DNA of 63,696 nt, counting the filler, from Phoronis australis (taxonomy: Eukaryota; Animalia; Phoronida), in NCBI GenBank assembly GCA_002633005.1. It is 6 parts of 6 records of this genome, joined end to end, with 100 filler letters (N's around TTAATTAATTAA, not from the genome) between each part and the next. Parts side by side here need not be neighbours in the genome. Positions count along the whole stretch, not along the records: positions 1 to 22,921 come from NMRA01000175.1; 5 more parts are not named here. One strand, given 5' to 3'. Shown here in pieces: positions 1-14,139 of the stretch. Both the position numbers and the translations under genes were made by a program. Every line of letters starts with the position of its first letter. Position 1 is the stretch's first letter. The notes under the pieces were generated by a model. That model had not been told where the DNA came from. It ran no database searches and saw only the letters and a list, made by a program, of their open reading frames with translations.

Positions 1-237
1 TTTTTTTTCCAGGTTGGTTTACTTGGGGTTTACACACGCTGGCGGTGCCGGCGTTTTTGTTTTGCTGGAGACGTTTTTGTTTTGTTTTTTGTTTTTTTAA
101 TTTTTGGGTCCTGGCCCGAGGGGGGTTTAAACCCCCTGAACCCCCCCCCGTAGATCCGCCTCTGGGGTTACTTTGAAAGGGTAGCTAGTACATTCACAAG
201 ACTGATGACATCAACGATAAAGTTATTGATCACCATT

Positions 238-750
238 TGTCACGTTTTCCCCGTGGACGGGTGGGCTCAGGCTGGCCGATTGGTGATAATAGCTTTCGGT
301 GCGATGATAGACTGCTCGAGTTAATCACTTACAGTAATTAATCTCGACCGTACGTTCGCAAGTCTATTCACAAACAAAATGTGTGACCTAATGTCTGTTC
401 TATCCACTGGTTGGCAACCAGTGCAGCGGAGCCTTGAATTGTGATGAACTTCTGAGACACTTCCAGCAACTTAGTGTTTCACCTGCCGCCTCTTACAGCT
501 GTCTCTCTATTGACTAATGCTGTAACTGCTGATTCTGTAACTGTCGACTCAACCTCAACTGACTTTTAACTGACGTTCAACTCCCACTGAACTCAATTAA
601 TCCGTGCCTGGGTACTTATTGTCGATCTCTTACTACGACTTGAAACTTTTCACTTATCCAAGCAAATTCTAGAACTTTCTCGATCTACTCAATCAAACAT
701 ATACTAGGCTGTAGAATGTTCCAGACTATGAGAATCTTCTGGAATGTTCC
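238..750 (-). mobile_element. LTR-retrotransposon LTR relic, related to the LTR at 34031-34690
   Basis: Colinear similarity with 34031-34580 (tgtcacgttttcccc, tagctttcggtgcga, ccgtacgttc, cttctgagacac, gctgtaactgctgattct). On the minus strand it ends ...CGTGACA, followed by TGGTGATC. Confidence 0.6.
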
Positions 751-1303
751 CCATAAGCGCACGTGCCCCCCAAAATTTTACAGGCGTCAGGTGTACGTTA
801 AGCCGTGGCAACGGACATAAGCGTGGGGCTGGGGACCGTCGAGAAAAGAAAGACTGCGACTACGCATAAGAGATGAAATTCAAGAGAACGTGTGACGACT
901 CATGTATAAGTGCATGGTTTATCCCGGAGGGCCCTCGCCAGGATATTGTTGCTGGGGTCTCCGTTTTTGCAGCGCAGATCGTCTAAAGGCACTTGAAAAC
1001 GTGCACTTAATCATTCATACATGTCTTTCAAAAATCGAGAAAATTGTAACTTCAATAAGACAATTTTGCGAATGCGAAACTATATTTTACCAGAGGCCCC
1101 TCTCTGGAAAGGATAACGGAGAAAGCTGTACCTCTATTTTTCTCTCTCAGCCAATCTTTTAAGAAATTACTATGCTTCACTGAACTTAGTTACACGCTGG
1201 CATTCGATCTATCATCAAATAGCAAAGTATACTAAACGCCGGATTTTTGTCTATCTAAAATAAGTCTCAAGGATACGATATTGATCAATGCCGGACAGCT
1301 CTA

Positions 1304-1712
1304 CAAAGTGTCCCAAAATATTCTCAAATTTCAAACGACAATAAATTGTTTATTGACTTTGGAACTAGATTAGTGATTTAAATTCACAAATCGTAGATCG
1401 AAAAGAAGTTTAAGTTCTTAAATAAACAAAATTATACTCATTGCTCATTAACTTGAAAAGGTTGTCTTTACACTTCCTTGATGTTTTTAATTTCCAGTAG
1501 TATTGCGCAATGAATTTTTGCTCTTTAAAACCTTTTAATCGTTTGCTTGCATTTCCCGTTCATACTACACTGCCGGAGCGAATCATGACCGACGTACCCA
1601 CGTTAAAAATTCGACGCAACCTTGCAGTAGGCTCACGCAGAATCTTAGTGATCCCGGGAACTGGATTTGAACTCAAGGCGTTGAAGTGTGTTTACTTTTG
1701 GGACACACTCTG
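1304..1712. mobile_element. Tc1/mariner-like MITE
   Basis: Imperfect terminal inverted repeats TA|CAAAGTGTCCCAAAA ... TTTTGGGACACACTCTG|TA, flanked by TA on both sides. Confidence 0.55.
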
Positions 1713-2559
1713 TATCATTTTCCCCAGCCATCAGAATTAAACTGGACTATCTGCCGTATTTCACCAAGGGATTTTGCAACAGCCCCAAAGACACTACACC
1801 AGGGACCTCACCTTTTCAAAAAATTCCTTCAAAGATTGACCAAATGAACTTTTTCTGAAACTGGATAATAATAAAACGAATCTTGACCTTAGAGCCAATG
1901 CAGACGGATAGGTACGAGGTACGAACTAAGCTGGCCGTCTCAAGTGAATCATATCTGAGCTTACCAGCGACTTTCACAAGGTTAGATCTCAGCTACACAT
2001 GACTTACGGCAGCAGCTCCCAGCTACCCGTCAGTGCGCTGGCCATAGACCCATTCTTTAACTCTCTGTGAAACTTTGTTGGTTCACGGTTACTCAATTCC
2101 TCGGGATTGCCCGCCCCCCCCCCCCTTCCACATACGGGGAAAGTGGGGTGGGATGTTATTGGTTCAAATATGGCGGCATTTGGGTTGAGGGACCGGAGAT
2201 GGGGGCGATAGGAAAGGGGGTAGTTCGGCGAAGTCGAATTGGTTTGTGACGCCCCTACCCCGTAATTTTTGCCTTCCTACTGGCCTGCGGATTTTTTTAT
2301 AGTAATTACTAGTCTACGCTTACTTTGAGTTAGAGGTATCAGTTTCAGCGAAATCATTTTTCTGGATTGGTATTAGCTCAGTCAAAAACATTCCCAAGAT
2401 CAAAACATTTATTGCAAGAAAACGCACCAGTTGGACAGTCAAGTGAAAGGTTTGATTTAAAAACGCTACCATCTTGTAGCTAGAGTTCGATAGAGTTGTT
2501 TCAAGTTTTCAAAGATCTCTACACTTGTGAGAAATCACTGAAACTCGAGCTCTTTATCT

Positions 2560-3560
2560 TTAGCTTCCTGTTCTTTTTTTACTCCAGACGTCGTTTATGG
2601 CTTCAGCGCTTATGGTATCTGTCAAATTCTTTTCAATTCCAAGAATTATCAGTTCGTCCAGTCTCTCGTCATCTATATTGTCGAACGGAGGCAATTTTGG
2701 ATAATTTTCGTGTTGCTCGTCTTTTGTCACACTATCAGAGGCGCTGAAAAGTAGCTTAGCAGCTTTGCAGATGCTCGGGAAAATCGCTTTATTCTTGAAA
2801 GCGAATTTACTCACGCCGCTTTTTAAACATGGGCGGCGCACCATAGGGGTTGGGGGGCTATAGCCCACACTTTTTCAGTGCTGCGCAGCACATGGTCTTT
2901 GGGCGGCGCACCACAGGCGGGGCTGGGGGGGGGCTATAGCCCCACTTTTTCAGTGCTGCGCCGCCCATGCGCTAACCGTGTCAAGTAGTGGCTTTCAGGA
3001 CGTTTATCGATTGATAAAGATAATAGTCAGCTTCCATGTATGCTTTGTTGATCGATGGCAGGAAGAACTCGATCGCAAATTGCCTAGTTCCTCTTCTGAA
3101 GAGATTGCAAGAGTTGGTTGAAATAATTTAGCAAGAGGTTCAATATGGGAACTACAAAAGGATCCGTCTTATGTTGCCTCTGTACTCACTGGCCACCCTA
3201 TCAAGAACCTCAATCATCCATCTTCCGTATTTTCGCGGAAACCGAGAACTGTTAAAGCTGAAGAGCACTGGTCAAGCCATTTTGTAAACGCTTCGTTCTC
3301 ACCTTTTGTCCGCAAACTCTTTCTCGGGGTTTGTGTTTAAAGATCTGACAAATCGGATGATTGCATCGATCTGAGCATTCATTTCCTCAATGGAATTCAT
3401 GATTTTCTGGATCGATGAAACAGTTACATCAATTAGTCTCAATGCATCCAGGATATTAAGCTCTTCCTTCTGTAGCGCTGTAGTCAGAAGTTTTGTCTTC
3501 TTCTTCATCACGCGTGATTATTAAAGTAAAGCAAAGATGAAATATTATTTCAGCCTGACC
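2560..3560 (-). pseudogene. hAT-superfamily transposase remnant (ZMYM1-like, C-terminal dimerisation domain)
   Basis: Fragments KTKLLTTALQKEELNILDALRLIDVTV and FPSICKAAKLLFSA...DERLDELIILGIEKNLTDTISAEAINDVWSK resemble the hAT C-terminus. The region has frameshifts and a MITE insertion. Confidence 0.75.
2828..2969. mobile_element. Short MITE of two tandem ~70-bp units inside the hAT remnant
   Basis: Perfect 13-bp TIR CATGGGCGGCGCA ... TGCGCCGCCCATG. The internal unit (gggcggcgcacca...ggctatagccc...ttttcagtgctgcg) occurs twice. No clear target-site duplication. Confidence 0.65.
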
Positions 3561-3970
3561 GCTTCAAAAATGAAAATGAAATCTTGTTTTTCTGTCAGTT
3601 GGCGAATAAAAAGGAACAGCAAAACCCACCGACAGATACACATGTACTTGACCGGTAACCGGGAAAACCGTGTGGGACCATTTCGATCGTACGGCCAGGG
3701 CTTTCCGCGGAGTTGAGGGTTAATTTTAGCCTCTTTTAAACAAATTTTTCAAAATTTCAGAATTGGTACCCCATCACGTTACTCGACTGCTCCTTTTAGC
3801 TCCCCGGCCGCTACATCTCGGGGGGGGGGCTTCGCTACCGGCCGAACAGTACCGGAAGGAGCAAGTAACTCGTTTTTTAATTTTAGGTTCATCATCTTTA
3901 CTATGATGCTGGAAAAAGTTTAAAATGGCTGTATGGTGAGCTGAGATGGATGAATCATTCAAACTGTACC

Positions 3971-4226
3971 CATGGGCGCACCCAGGGGGGGGGGGGGTCG
4001 GGGGGAAGGAGCCCCCCCATTTGGCGAATTGGGCAAAAAGATCCGCCTCAGTGAAAAAGTTAAAAAGTCCGGGTAAACGAGACAAAAGTCCACAAAATCT
4101 AGGGCAAGTCGGCGCGGATGCACAATTTGTGGACTCCATTTTTTTAGTCCTCGTTAATTTCTTTCTGTAAAAGGTCCGCATGTCGAAAATTCGAGCCCCC
4201 TATATTTTAGGCTGGGTGCCCGCACG
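3971..4226. mobile_element. MITE family member (related ends at 19523, 33040 and about 35071-35086)
   Basis: CATGGGCGCACCCAGGGG...cccccat(t/c)tggcgaattgggcaaaa...tccgcctc is shared with 33040-33130. A degenerate inverted end gctgggtgcccgcacg is present. Confidence 0.55.
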
Positions 4227-7200
4227 CTACCAACCTCCTTGAGCTCAAAAGGGAAATTTGTTACGGTTGCCGTTGTAGTTATATGTGTCACGAGTTATCA
4301 GAAACCGACGACTGAAGAATCACTACTCACTAAACTGCGAAAATCTTTCTGACCGCTACATGTAGGGTAAACGTATAGGCGGTAGAAGAAACCGCAGTCA
4401 CTTACGCATACCAATGAGAGTCATTACCGCATCAAAACTGAATTTTGTTATTTTAGTTGATTTTAAAAATGAAGAGTTGTCATTTATCGCCCCGTCTCTG
4501 CACTCGATGCTTCGATTTTGCACGGTCCGAGAGGCGGCCCTATTGCCAAAAGATTAAAAATTACGTGAAATCTCCCTAATCTGGCCAAAAATTCAACTCA
4601 AGGCTTAGAATCACTTCTTGCAAAGCGTTGCTCACGAGAGGGTGACGACCACAGAATTGTTGGTGACCAGGGGGAGTTCAACATGAATCAAATAATATGG
4701 TCTCTCGGTACCCAAATAATACGGTACCCATCTCAGAAGGCACAGGCAGCTTTCACATCAGATGCGCGAGGATCCTCACAACACACTTGGTCGACTTCAA
4801 AACCCAAGACATACGCTAAATCAGAAGTTGCCCAATTACAACACGGCTTCACAAAGGACTTTGCCAGGACGCACAACAGACCAGGCACCCAAAGTTGTTG
4901 TGAGTACCTACATGAAAATAGATTTTAAAAAAGCTTAACAATTTAGTTTCTAATCTATTTGACCGAATGCTGCGTATATCTCAAAAACTAAATGCAATAA
5001 CACAGAGCTGTAAATGGGTTCATGCTTGTAATTCTTTATTGATTACTCGAACAAGACCAAATATTTTTATAACAATTTTTGGAAAAGGCATTCAAAATTA
5101 AACTTTTTCAAAAATTAAAGCTGCATTTCGCCCCTTAGGTGGCAAAAAATCAAAATCGAATTATTTTTACTCTCATAAAATTGATTTCATATTCTTTACC
5201 GTGACAGGCTTCTATTTCCATTACCAACAAGAACATTGAAACCACCTACAACTCACAAAAATACTTTAGAGTTTATTGGGGTTGACCAAGCCTTAGACTG
5301 TGAATTCGAAAATCACGCATGTGGGCGCTGACGTGGACTCGATTTGGTAATGGAAACGGAATCCTATAAGGGTAAGGACTGCTACGAAACGCATTTTACG
5401 TGAGTAAATGGTGCCAATTCAATTTTCACCATCCAAAGAAGGCGAAACGGCGCTTTAAAACTTCTTTTAATAACAGAAAAAAACTCAGCAACATTTTTCT
5501 TTGCTTTTGAGCCCTGTCCAACCTGATGTATTTTGATTCTTTAACGAGCTAGGACACGAAAAACAGTCTACTCTTTTACCTTCAGAGGTAATTGCTGAAA
5601 TTTGCATGAACAACCTCTATTGTGATACAGTTGGTGAGCAACAGTGCCGAAAGATTTGAGAAGAAAAGCATGATAGGACAGAATATACATTTTATTGCAT
5701 ATCAAAGATAAACAAACAAACAAAAGGAAGTAATAAAGCACTTCAGTTGATATTGCATCACAGTATAACAAAGACACCACCAGACTAGCCACATACAGCG
5801 CCACCTTCAGAAATTATCTAATGCTGAGTGTAGGCATTAGGCAAATCTTAGGCTAACAGGATTTGCACGCAAGTGGATGAGACAGTAAACACTGTTTACC
5901 TCAGAGTATCCAGCGAAGTTCTCGACACATCAAAGGGTTGATGGTGCCATCACGGATAGAAATTAGTGAGCTTGTTGCTGTTCATGGGCTTGACTGAACA
6001 TGTTGGATGAGATAATTGCGGTGGTGAACTATCACATCTGTTTAGCATACAAGTTTGAAAGTAAAAAAAATGAACAATGAGTAAGGCTGTTTTTAAAATT
6101 GAAAAGTAAACAGTAGCTGTCTTGGAATTTTTAAAATCAATGCATTATAACAGAAACTAAAGAATAGGTTTTCTATGGCATTGCAGCTAAGCCACGACCA
6201 TTAATTTGTGAACCAATTAGGACAGGTTAGTCCCATTTTGGCTTAGGCTCGCTTAGATATTAATTGGGGTAACAAACCCCAAATGTTAGCGAAGGAGTTG
6301 TCTCATGAGTTTCCTAACTCCAAGCATTACACTACGAAGCAAGAGGACTTCATTCACTGGTTTTGTGGCTAGACTAGCAAAACACAAAATTTCTTGATTC
6401 AATAGTTTGAAATAAGTACTTTTTCAACACTTTGCTCAACTTGGATTCAACCAACATACATGGTAAAATCTGTTTACCTACATTCAAACTACAAAGATTC
6501 TAAGCAGAGGCAAATCTTCACCAAAGGGAAATAACATGGAAAAATACTAACATGTCCTTGAACAGAAATACAAAAATATCTTGATTTTGTGCAACAAGAA
6601 ACGAACAACAATTTCTTGTATGAAAACTACAATGCAAACTTCCAATGATGAGCATATAACAACTTGCACGTATGAAAATAAAACAATGAATATAAATTTG
6701 ATTTGCTTTTGTAATCTGGTGAGAAGAATAACAGTGAAAATTGTTTAAAGCCTACCTTGAATGGTAAGGCATGCAAACTTAGTTCCTATGATATGCTAGA
6801 GCCATCACTCTGACCACACCAAAGTCATAAACTGCTAAATGTAATGAACAGTTAGGCTTACTGCCGGACTTTTGTCTATGTCACAGTAAGAATCCTCTGT
6901 TCATTCAAATAACTATGAACAACACCCGCATACCTTGGTGTTCTATTCAGTATGCTCTGATACCAGCAACAGTTACACGATTCTACCCAGGTACTGGTGA
7001 ATGTTCAAAACTACTGCTATCAGCCATTCTTCGTTACCTGGTTTCTCATGGTGACGCAATCTGCCGCTTGACACACTGTTTGACATGCCAGTGTTCGCAC
7101 ACTGTTTGACATGCCAGTGTTCGATGTTTAAATGGTGTTTTCTTAAATTGCTAAAGCAAAGCTAGGACTATCCACTATAGATCCAGAATAATACAAGTCC

Positions 7201-7753
7201 ATTCGAGGAAAGTTTTAAACAGAAAAAGGAATGATAGCATCAGACATTAAAAAGATCGTGGTACAAAAGTCTTGTCTCACTACTCAATCACAGCACACTC
7301 CAATAGATATCAACATTTTTGTACCTTCCTCTAAATTATTTGACCAAGTGTCAAACAAAAAATCTTATTTCCATTATAATTGGGGCAATATTATATGAGA
7401 GAAAAACAAAGGTGTCCAAAATGGTAAGTCTAAGTTTAACATTGACAAAATATTGCAGGCCATTATCCAAGTATGACCACATCTTCTACAAATGTGCAAA
7501 CATAACCTAAATGCTCAGGTGATTTTTCATAGCGTGCAACTCAGATACGGACCCACGCAGGTTTAGGGGGCCCAAACCCACCATGCTTATTCACTTTTGC
7601 ACTGTTGTAATAAGTAAAAGTATAAAACGCGCCCTATGTCTGAAATGAGATAACTTAGTGCAGTGATGCCAACCCTTTCCGTGGCGTGTCTATCAGTTTT
7701 TGGAATGTTAAGTAAAAACACCGTACAAAGACAACCACATGAGTAACCCTCCG

Positions 7754-7957
7754 TCACTCAAAATATACTGCGTACACTGTACCCACAGCAAAGAGTGACT
7801 CGTTTTTGAACTCGTACGATGAGTACGTGTCGAAGCTGTCGTCCCATAGACACCTACTGCCTATCCTCATCCCCTGGCAGTTGAGTTGACCAATGTGGAT
7901 CAGGCAGATAATCTTGAACCGTGGGATCATCAGCTCCTTCACTCTGGCTTTCACCAC
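7754..7957 (-). CDS. Tctex1-domain dynein light chain (TCTEX1D1/DYNLT5-like), last coding exon
   Basis: Acceptor ccttcag|GTG. Translates [67 protein letters not shown], the canonical Tctex-1 C-terminus. Confidence 0.92.
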   Translation of the reverse strand: MVKARVKELMIPRFKIICLIHIGQLNCQGMRIGSRCLWDDSFDTYSSYEFKNESLFAVGTVYAVYFE

Positions 7958-9303
7958 CTGAAGGAGAGCATGCATGCCGCATTAATTATGCTAATTTCCC
8001 TGTTTCTTTGAACAAAAGTAATTAACAACTTATTTTAAATAACTTATTCTTATTAAAATGAAATAGGCAAGAAATCCATTTTCGAGCTTTAAAAGTGGAG
8101 CCCCTTATATTAATATAGGGACTGCCCTTGGTGGTCTTCAGGATAATATAGAGGGCTCCACTGCTGTGTAAGTCAATAAAAATAAAAAGTTGTTAATTGC
8201 CAAAATTATTCTTCAAAACCTGACTACCTCACTTCAAATAATCAGCTGTTGCCAATTATATAGTGAAATTTTCCTACTGTTAATTATTTTGTCAAGACAT
8301 TTTACGCAAGGTGGCCCTTAAAATATTGCTAGTTTCCCTTCACCCAACCCTTTAGCAACTTCTCTGGGATGAGTAGGTTGGTAAGTAAATCGTGTTATTA
8401 TTCCACTTTTCATTGTCAGGGCACACTCAGTTTTCCAGTTTTCATTGTCAGGGCACACTCAGTTTTGCAGCCACAAACACAATGTATGTACATCTGAAAT
8501 ATTTTTTATCAGATATCAAATGAAATAGTTTGTGTCTCACACTTTTTAAAGTTGGTCATAATTACTGAAAAACAATTCTTTTAATTTACAGCTACTAACG
8601 TACAAGTGTCGTTCATACTTGTGTTGTTTTATAGATAGACAGGGTAAGAATTGGAAATACACAGCATCATTTCAAGTCTGTCAGAATCTTCCACATAAGA
8701 ACATCCCTAAGCAACACTTTCCAAGTTGAACAGACACATGGATTTTTTACTTGGAGCACCTTCTTCATGACTACAACATCCTTAACTACGAATATCAACA
8801 CTAGCTGTCTAGTGCATTATCTTACTCATAAAGAGCATGGAGCAAAACCTAATGCATTCAGGTAACCAGAATAAGCAGTCAATGACCTCGTCTCATGAGC
8901 CTAGAGCACGTGTTGTAGCAGGAATTCCAATGAGTGCCTTGATCTTGCTAGAACAGGTCATCACTGTTATAACACACATGTTCGAATGACTTTTGCCTAC
9001 TATCCTCAACTTTGAAAGTTAACAAAAAAGAGTATTTTTCAGATAAATTATCGGTCATTAACAGTATTTTATGAACAGCATTTAACAGTATCGAGTCTTA
9101 AAAGACTCGATACTGTTAATTGTAATTAAAATTACAATTGTGAGCATATTGTAGGAGCTGTGTCTCAGATGCCAATTACCTCACTCAATCACACGGTTGG
9201 CTTAAAATATTTGCTCATAAACGTGATACGTCGCCAGCGTAAGAGCACATGCGAAGTGTTGCTTACTTTAAGGGAATAAATGCTATGGTATACCATCACT
9301 TAC

Positions 9304-9517
9304 CTCAGACAGTGTTTTGGTCATTTGTCGACATAGTTCTGGCTCATACTTTTCCGCTTGTAGGTAGCCTTCTAGCACATCTCTGATTATCGTCCGCACC
9401 TTACCACTAGGGAATTTCTTGTTTGGTTCTGTCTGGAACGTGTTCTCAACTTTAACTGGAATTTTCAGGTGGTCATCGTGTCCAGGCTCATCCATGAAGG
9501 ACACTGTGCTCATTGAC
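9304..9517 (-). CDS. Tctex1-domain dynein light chain, penultimate exon
   Basis: Splice sites gccag|G and GAG|gtaagt. Translates SMSTVSFMDEPG...VENTFQTEPNKKFPSGKVRTIIRDVLEGYLQAEKYEPELCRQMTKTLSE and joins the 7957 exon in phase 0. Upstream exons were not identified; the ATG at 9513 could be the start. Confidence 0.9.
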
Positions 9518-12500
9518 CTGGCAACAGTAAACAAATTTACTTGTTGGGGCTACATTTGTTGTTTCCAGCATACAAGAATCATCATGGCAGAGATCACTCT
9601 CAAAGATCTTTCCCACTGCCTCCAAACCTTCAGACATGGGAACAATTACATAACTTTGATTTGGAATTGAAGTTAACAGTGCAAGTTAACTCCGCTTCAC
9701 TACAATAGGAACACTTTACATCGATGCCTGGTCCCTGGAGTTATCAGCAAGGGTCACTGACTGAGTTTGCCAACAGCGGGCGGTGACTGGTTACTATTTG
9801 CTAATATTTTGTTCTAATAATTATTATTTTGGCGGTATAAGAATTCTGTTTCAATTTATCCATGCCAGATTGTTTACATTAAAAAATCACTGAACGTGAA
9901 GTGTTCATAAAATGAGTTCCCACAACGCCATACCGCCTTTGTTTGGATCAGCTGTTAGACTGCGCAAGAGTCAAATTTTTTAATATGTCATTTTCTAGTA
10001 CATCATCATTGGTTCAACATGGCAACCATTGGGTGCGTTTTGAAGATGACTTCTATAGTTTCCATATGGGGAGAGGGAAAGGTTCTTGCCATTTTCGATG
10101 GCAAGCACTGACAATAACAACAAGGCTGCGATGGAGGTAAGCACCTTCATCAAAAGTTAGTTTTTCAACGGAAGGCGGGTTTATAGCTGCTTTGTGTTGG
10201 GGACAAAGCAACACTAGATGGATGATGGATGAACTCTACTTCATAAAGAACAATTATTAAACTTGACTGATCAATCTCTAAGTTTATCTCATGAGATATA
10301 GTTTTTAAGGTTGTGTTTTCTGTGACCAAGATGATAGCAGTTTTACAATATTTTCAGTATTGACAAATTATATATTAATCATCCGAGTCAAAAAGCAAAA
10401 TGACAGACAGGCTCAGCAAATGTATTGTGCATGCACTGTGTTTTGGTAAAATCTCGCCAACTTTAGACAAAAACAATTGCTAAAATTGTCCTTTTTCATT
10501 TTCAAGGCCTTATATCATCGGCGTCAATGCCCACATTTTTTTCAGATGGCAGCTATGCTGACAGATGAAACATGGTAATGCATTTTTTAAAATTCAGTGC
10601 AAATTTGATGCTATGTATCTTTCATGGATAAAATGAAAATAAAATTTCATTCCTCTGCCATACTGTGTCTTACCAAACCCGTCTGGGTTGAGGGTGGCCA
10701 ATTTCCCAAACAATGAACCTGGGAGCTACACTGATGTTGAACTTCATGAGCAAGAGCCACATAAAACAACAGTGGAATACTTACGTAGATGAATTGTAAC
10801 CTTTTGGAGCTAAAATTCTTGTGATGGACACTATCAATCGAATAAATTTGTAGTGGGCATTCATCTGAGCATGAAAAGTGTTTATCTGCAAATCCTGAGA
10901 GTGTAAAGCCGAATGAGGGCCTTGACCTGGATATGTGTGGTAAATCGGAGAGACTTTACGCGTTGTATGATTATAGATTTGAGTGAGAAAACATATAGTT
11001 CTTTGACATTGTACAAAGCATACAGTAATTACTAGTCAGTCATTAAAGTTGTACTGTCTGCATGAGTCTGTATAGCCTGCAGTTATCAAAAATACATGAA
11101 CCGTAGTCTCGTATAAAAAGCTGAGAAAGGAGGCAGTTACTACTTGATATTGCAATCATGTATAGTTGATGACAACATGTAGGAAATGTGTGGCGGTGTT
11201 GCTAAGTTATAAATGACATGCCTCAGACACTGGGATGGTTACAATTACATCAGTACAGATCAATAGAAGTTGTTCATGCACACACAGTCACACTGAGATG
11301 CCTGAAGGGATCACGCTTTTAAAACAGAACGTGTCATGAGAACTCAGCGTAACTTTCCATAGAACAAGTTCCTTGCCATAAAATTAAAATCTCGCAAGAC
11401 CTCGCAAACTCACAGGAGTGAAAAGCGAGTGTTACGCAAGTATGATGCCCAGGAGCTTTTAACAGCATATCCTAGCAAAATAACATCACTTGTTTGATTG
11501 GTTGGTGAGGTTGGATGCCTGGTAAATTCACAAGCTAATGACTTTGGGTCTATTTAGAACCCCGTAGCCCTGGATCAAATTTCAACAAGCAGATAACAGT
11601 GCACCTGGAAAAACTTTCCATGAGTGAAAGTGCTAAATATTCACCTCAAGATGTTAATACATTGTTACACTTTGATGAAATTGAGCAAAATTAAATATTG
11701 ATTGGTGAAATTACATTGCATGTTGCCAATGAAACACTGGCAAGACTAAAGTTCGATTCCCAGCAGTGCTATTTTATTGCAGTCTGAACACAACAAGGAT
11801 CTAATTCTAATCACCAACTTGACTCAGACACAAAACTTAATCAATCACATTGCATGATTTAAGCAAAAACTTGTAAGTCAGCTCAAAACGTGTCATGCAA
11901 AATTTTGGCTAATTTGCGAGACACGTTTAGAGTAATGAGATTAGGCCTCAGGCCCTGAAAGATCCACATCGTAAAATAATTTTGACAAAAAGTGTGTCAA
12001 AATATAAAAAAGAGGTCTGCTGCAAATAGCTTGTCTTAAATATTTTCAAATCTACTGTATACCACTGTAATCAGTTCCTGTAGTCAACAATGTGAAAGAG
12101 CTTTCCATGGAAGATAGGGACTGTAGAGAAAAAAATAAAAAGAAGTAAAAATATAACGTGCATGTGGTTGACTGAAAACACAGCATCTAACACAGGTCTA
12201 GGTTTAAAAGAATGTGGCACAACTCAATTTTTGTGGTACCTACATGAAAGAACTCACTAAAAACTAAAACAGCTGCAAACCCTCATTCCTAATATGTTTA
12301 GATGTCGAGGCAAGTATGTAATGCAAAAACTCATAAAAATGCTTTAAAACAGATGGTGACGAATCTACTTCTTGGGGAAACGTGAGAGTTATTCACTTTG
12401 AATAATGCAAGAATTTCTAGAAAAAAACAGAAGAAATTTAAGGTCTCATTCCAATACAATTTTCAAACTCTCCACCCCTAAGAATATATATGCGCACAAA

Positions 12501-13671
12501 CGCTCAAAGAAGTTGGACTGGCTGCAGCTTGAAGTCGCCATCGTTTTGTTTACATTATAGGTCAAAGGTCACATTTTCCATAATTATAGGTAAGTATGCT
12601 ACTTCCACCTCTTGTCACACCAGATAAGGAGACAGGCTTTGCTGTGTGGGAGAAAAATCGATGAAGTAACGAACAGTTGACAGATTCTTTTTTGAAATTT
12701 AAAACTAGGAAAAATGTTTTGACATCAACAGAAATTCAAAATCTTCAAGAACAAACCGCAAAAGAAATTGGTAAACAGTTGGACTTGTGTTTCACTGGCA
12801 GAGAACCACTTTGAATAATGCAATAACGGCTGTTTTTCACATTCTTTGCCACTTTAACTCATGTGATTTAAAAAGTCAAATTTCAGTTTATGAAAAACAA
12901 ATGGTGCCTTTGAGCTCATCGTCATTACCAACTGCATGACCAAATCTTGTTTAATATAGTGTTCACTGTACAAACTGGACACAAAAACCTGAGCACAAAA
13001 CACACATTCCTTCAACTACTTATAAATGCAGGTAGCTTCTAACCTAACAACTCAACAAACAAATGGGAGGAAAACAAACACTAACTAGTAGCAGGCATCA
13101 GGATCAAGTTTGAGGAATCCATTTACATGGTGTTGACTTTACCCTATAGTGTTACACCAGAGACTGAAAGAAACACAAACACCACGTCTATTATGACTGC
13201 AGGGATAAGATGTTTGTCTAACAAAAGGAAAACTGATATAATAGGGTTGAAAGAAAGGAATCATAACACACAAGCAATAACTTGTGTGGTATTATTTTCA
13301 GGTAAATGATCTTGATAACTGATGTGTGAAATTCCACATGAAAACACTGTGGAAGTGTTCCTTCAAATTTGAATTTAAATAATTAAAATAGTCACTAATT
13401 TTCCTTTTTTGGAAAGCTTTCTGCACTGCTAAAATATTCAGAACACCACCTTTAGTCAGTTGACGACAACTCTACAAAGTTATTTGAAGATAACAAAAAA
13501 TTTAAAAATTTAAAAATTTTCTTGCCATTTATTTTTGTCTCCTAAAAAAGGGAAAAACAACAACAAAATTTCAAGGTGTGTTCCACTGTGAATAAAATTC
13601 ACTGCACCTCTTGAAGTGGAGAAAAAACAATGTACCTTTTCTTGAAGTTTCAGTCTCTTTGGAATTTAGAG

Positions 13672-13918
13672 CAGGGTTCCGTTCCAAGAAACTGAACTGA
13701 CTTAGCTAAGACAATTAAATCTTAAATTTCAGCCGATTTCGAGATAACGAAACGTAAATTTGTCTCAAATCCAATTCAAGAAAGAGATCTTAGCTTGACT
13801 TAAGTTATTGACCTAACTTTTGTCTAAATTTTGACTAACTTACCGGATGTGAAAGTTTCAACATTTGGAAGTTGAGACAAATCTTAGACTTAAGTCAGTT
13901 TCTTGGAACGGGCCCCTG
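13672..13918. mobile_element. PIF/Harbinger-like MITE (partial copy near 31886)
   Basis: 22-bp TIR CAGGGTTCCGTTCCAAGAAACT ... AGTTTCTTGGAACGGGCCCCTG with 2 mismatches, plus internal gacttaag-type subrepeats. Confidence 0.7.
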
Positions 13919-14125
13919 AATTCTAGTAAACATTTTTCTACTTCTAGATTGACTACATTCAACATACCGTGTAGTATTCACAGCCAACTAACACATGAAA
14001 ATTTAAATAAAATGAATTAATCCAGTTAAATCATGTCGTCTAAAGTCTTTTTCATAACTAACAAAATGAATAAACCTCGGCTCAGTATACCTATTGACAA
14101 CTGCTGAAAGATCAATTGGTGGCAT

Positions 14126-14139
14126 GCTGCCATGGCAAC
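14126..14139. promoter_or_regulatory. Candidate RFX X-box
   Basis: GCTGCCATGGCAAC matches the palindrome GTTGCCATGGCAAC at 13 of 14 positions. It lies upstream of the coding exons of a ciliary-type dynein light chain gene. Confidence 0.35.

Noticed and set aside
7068-8470. Short direct duplications (about 27 bp near 7072 and about 32 bp near 8407; also 22 bp near 19668)
   Set aside because: Ordinary slippage duplications in non-coding DNA.
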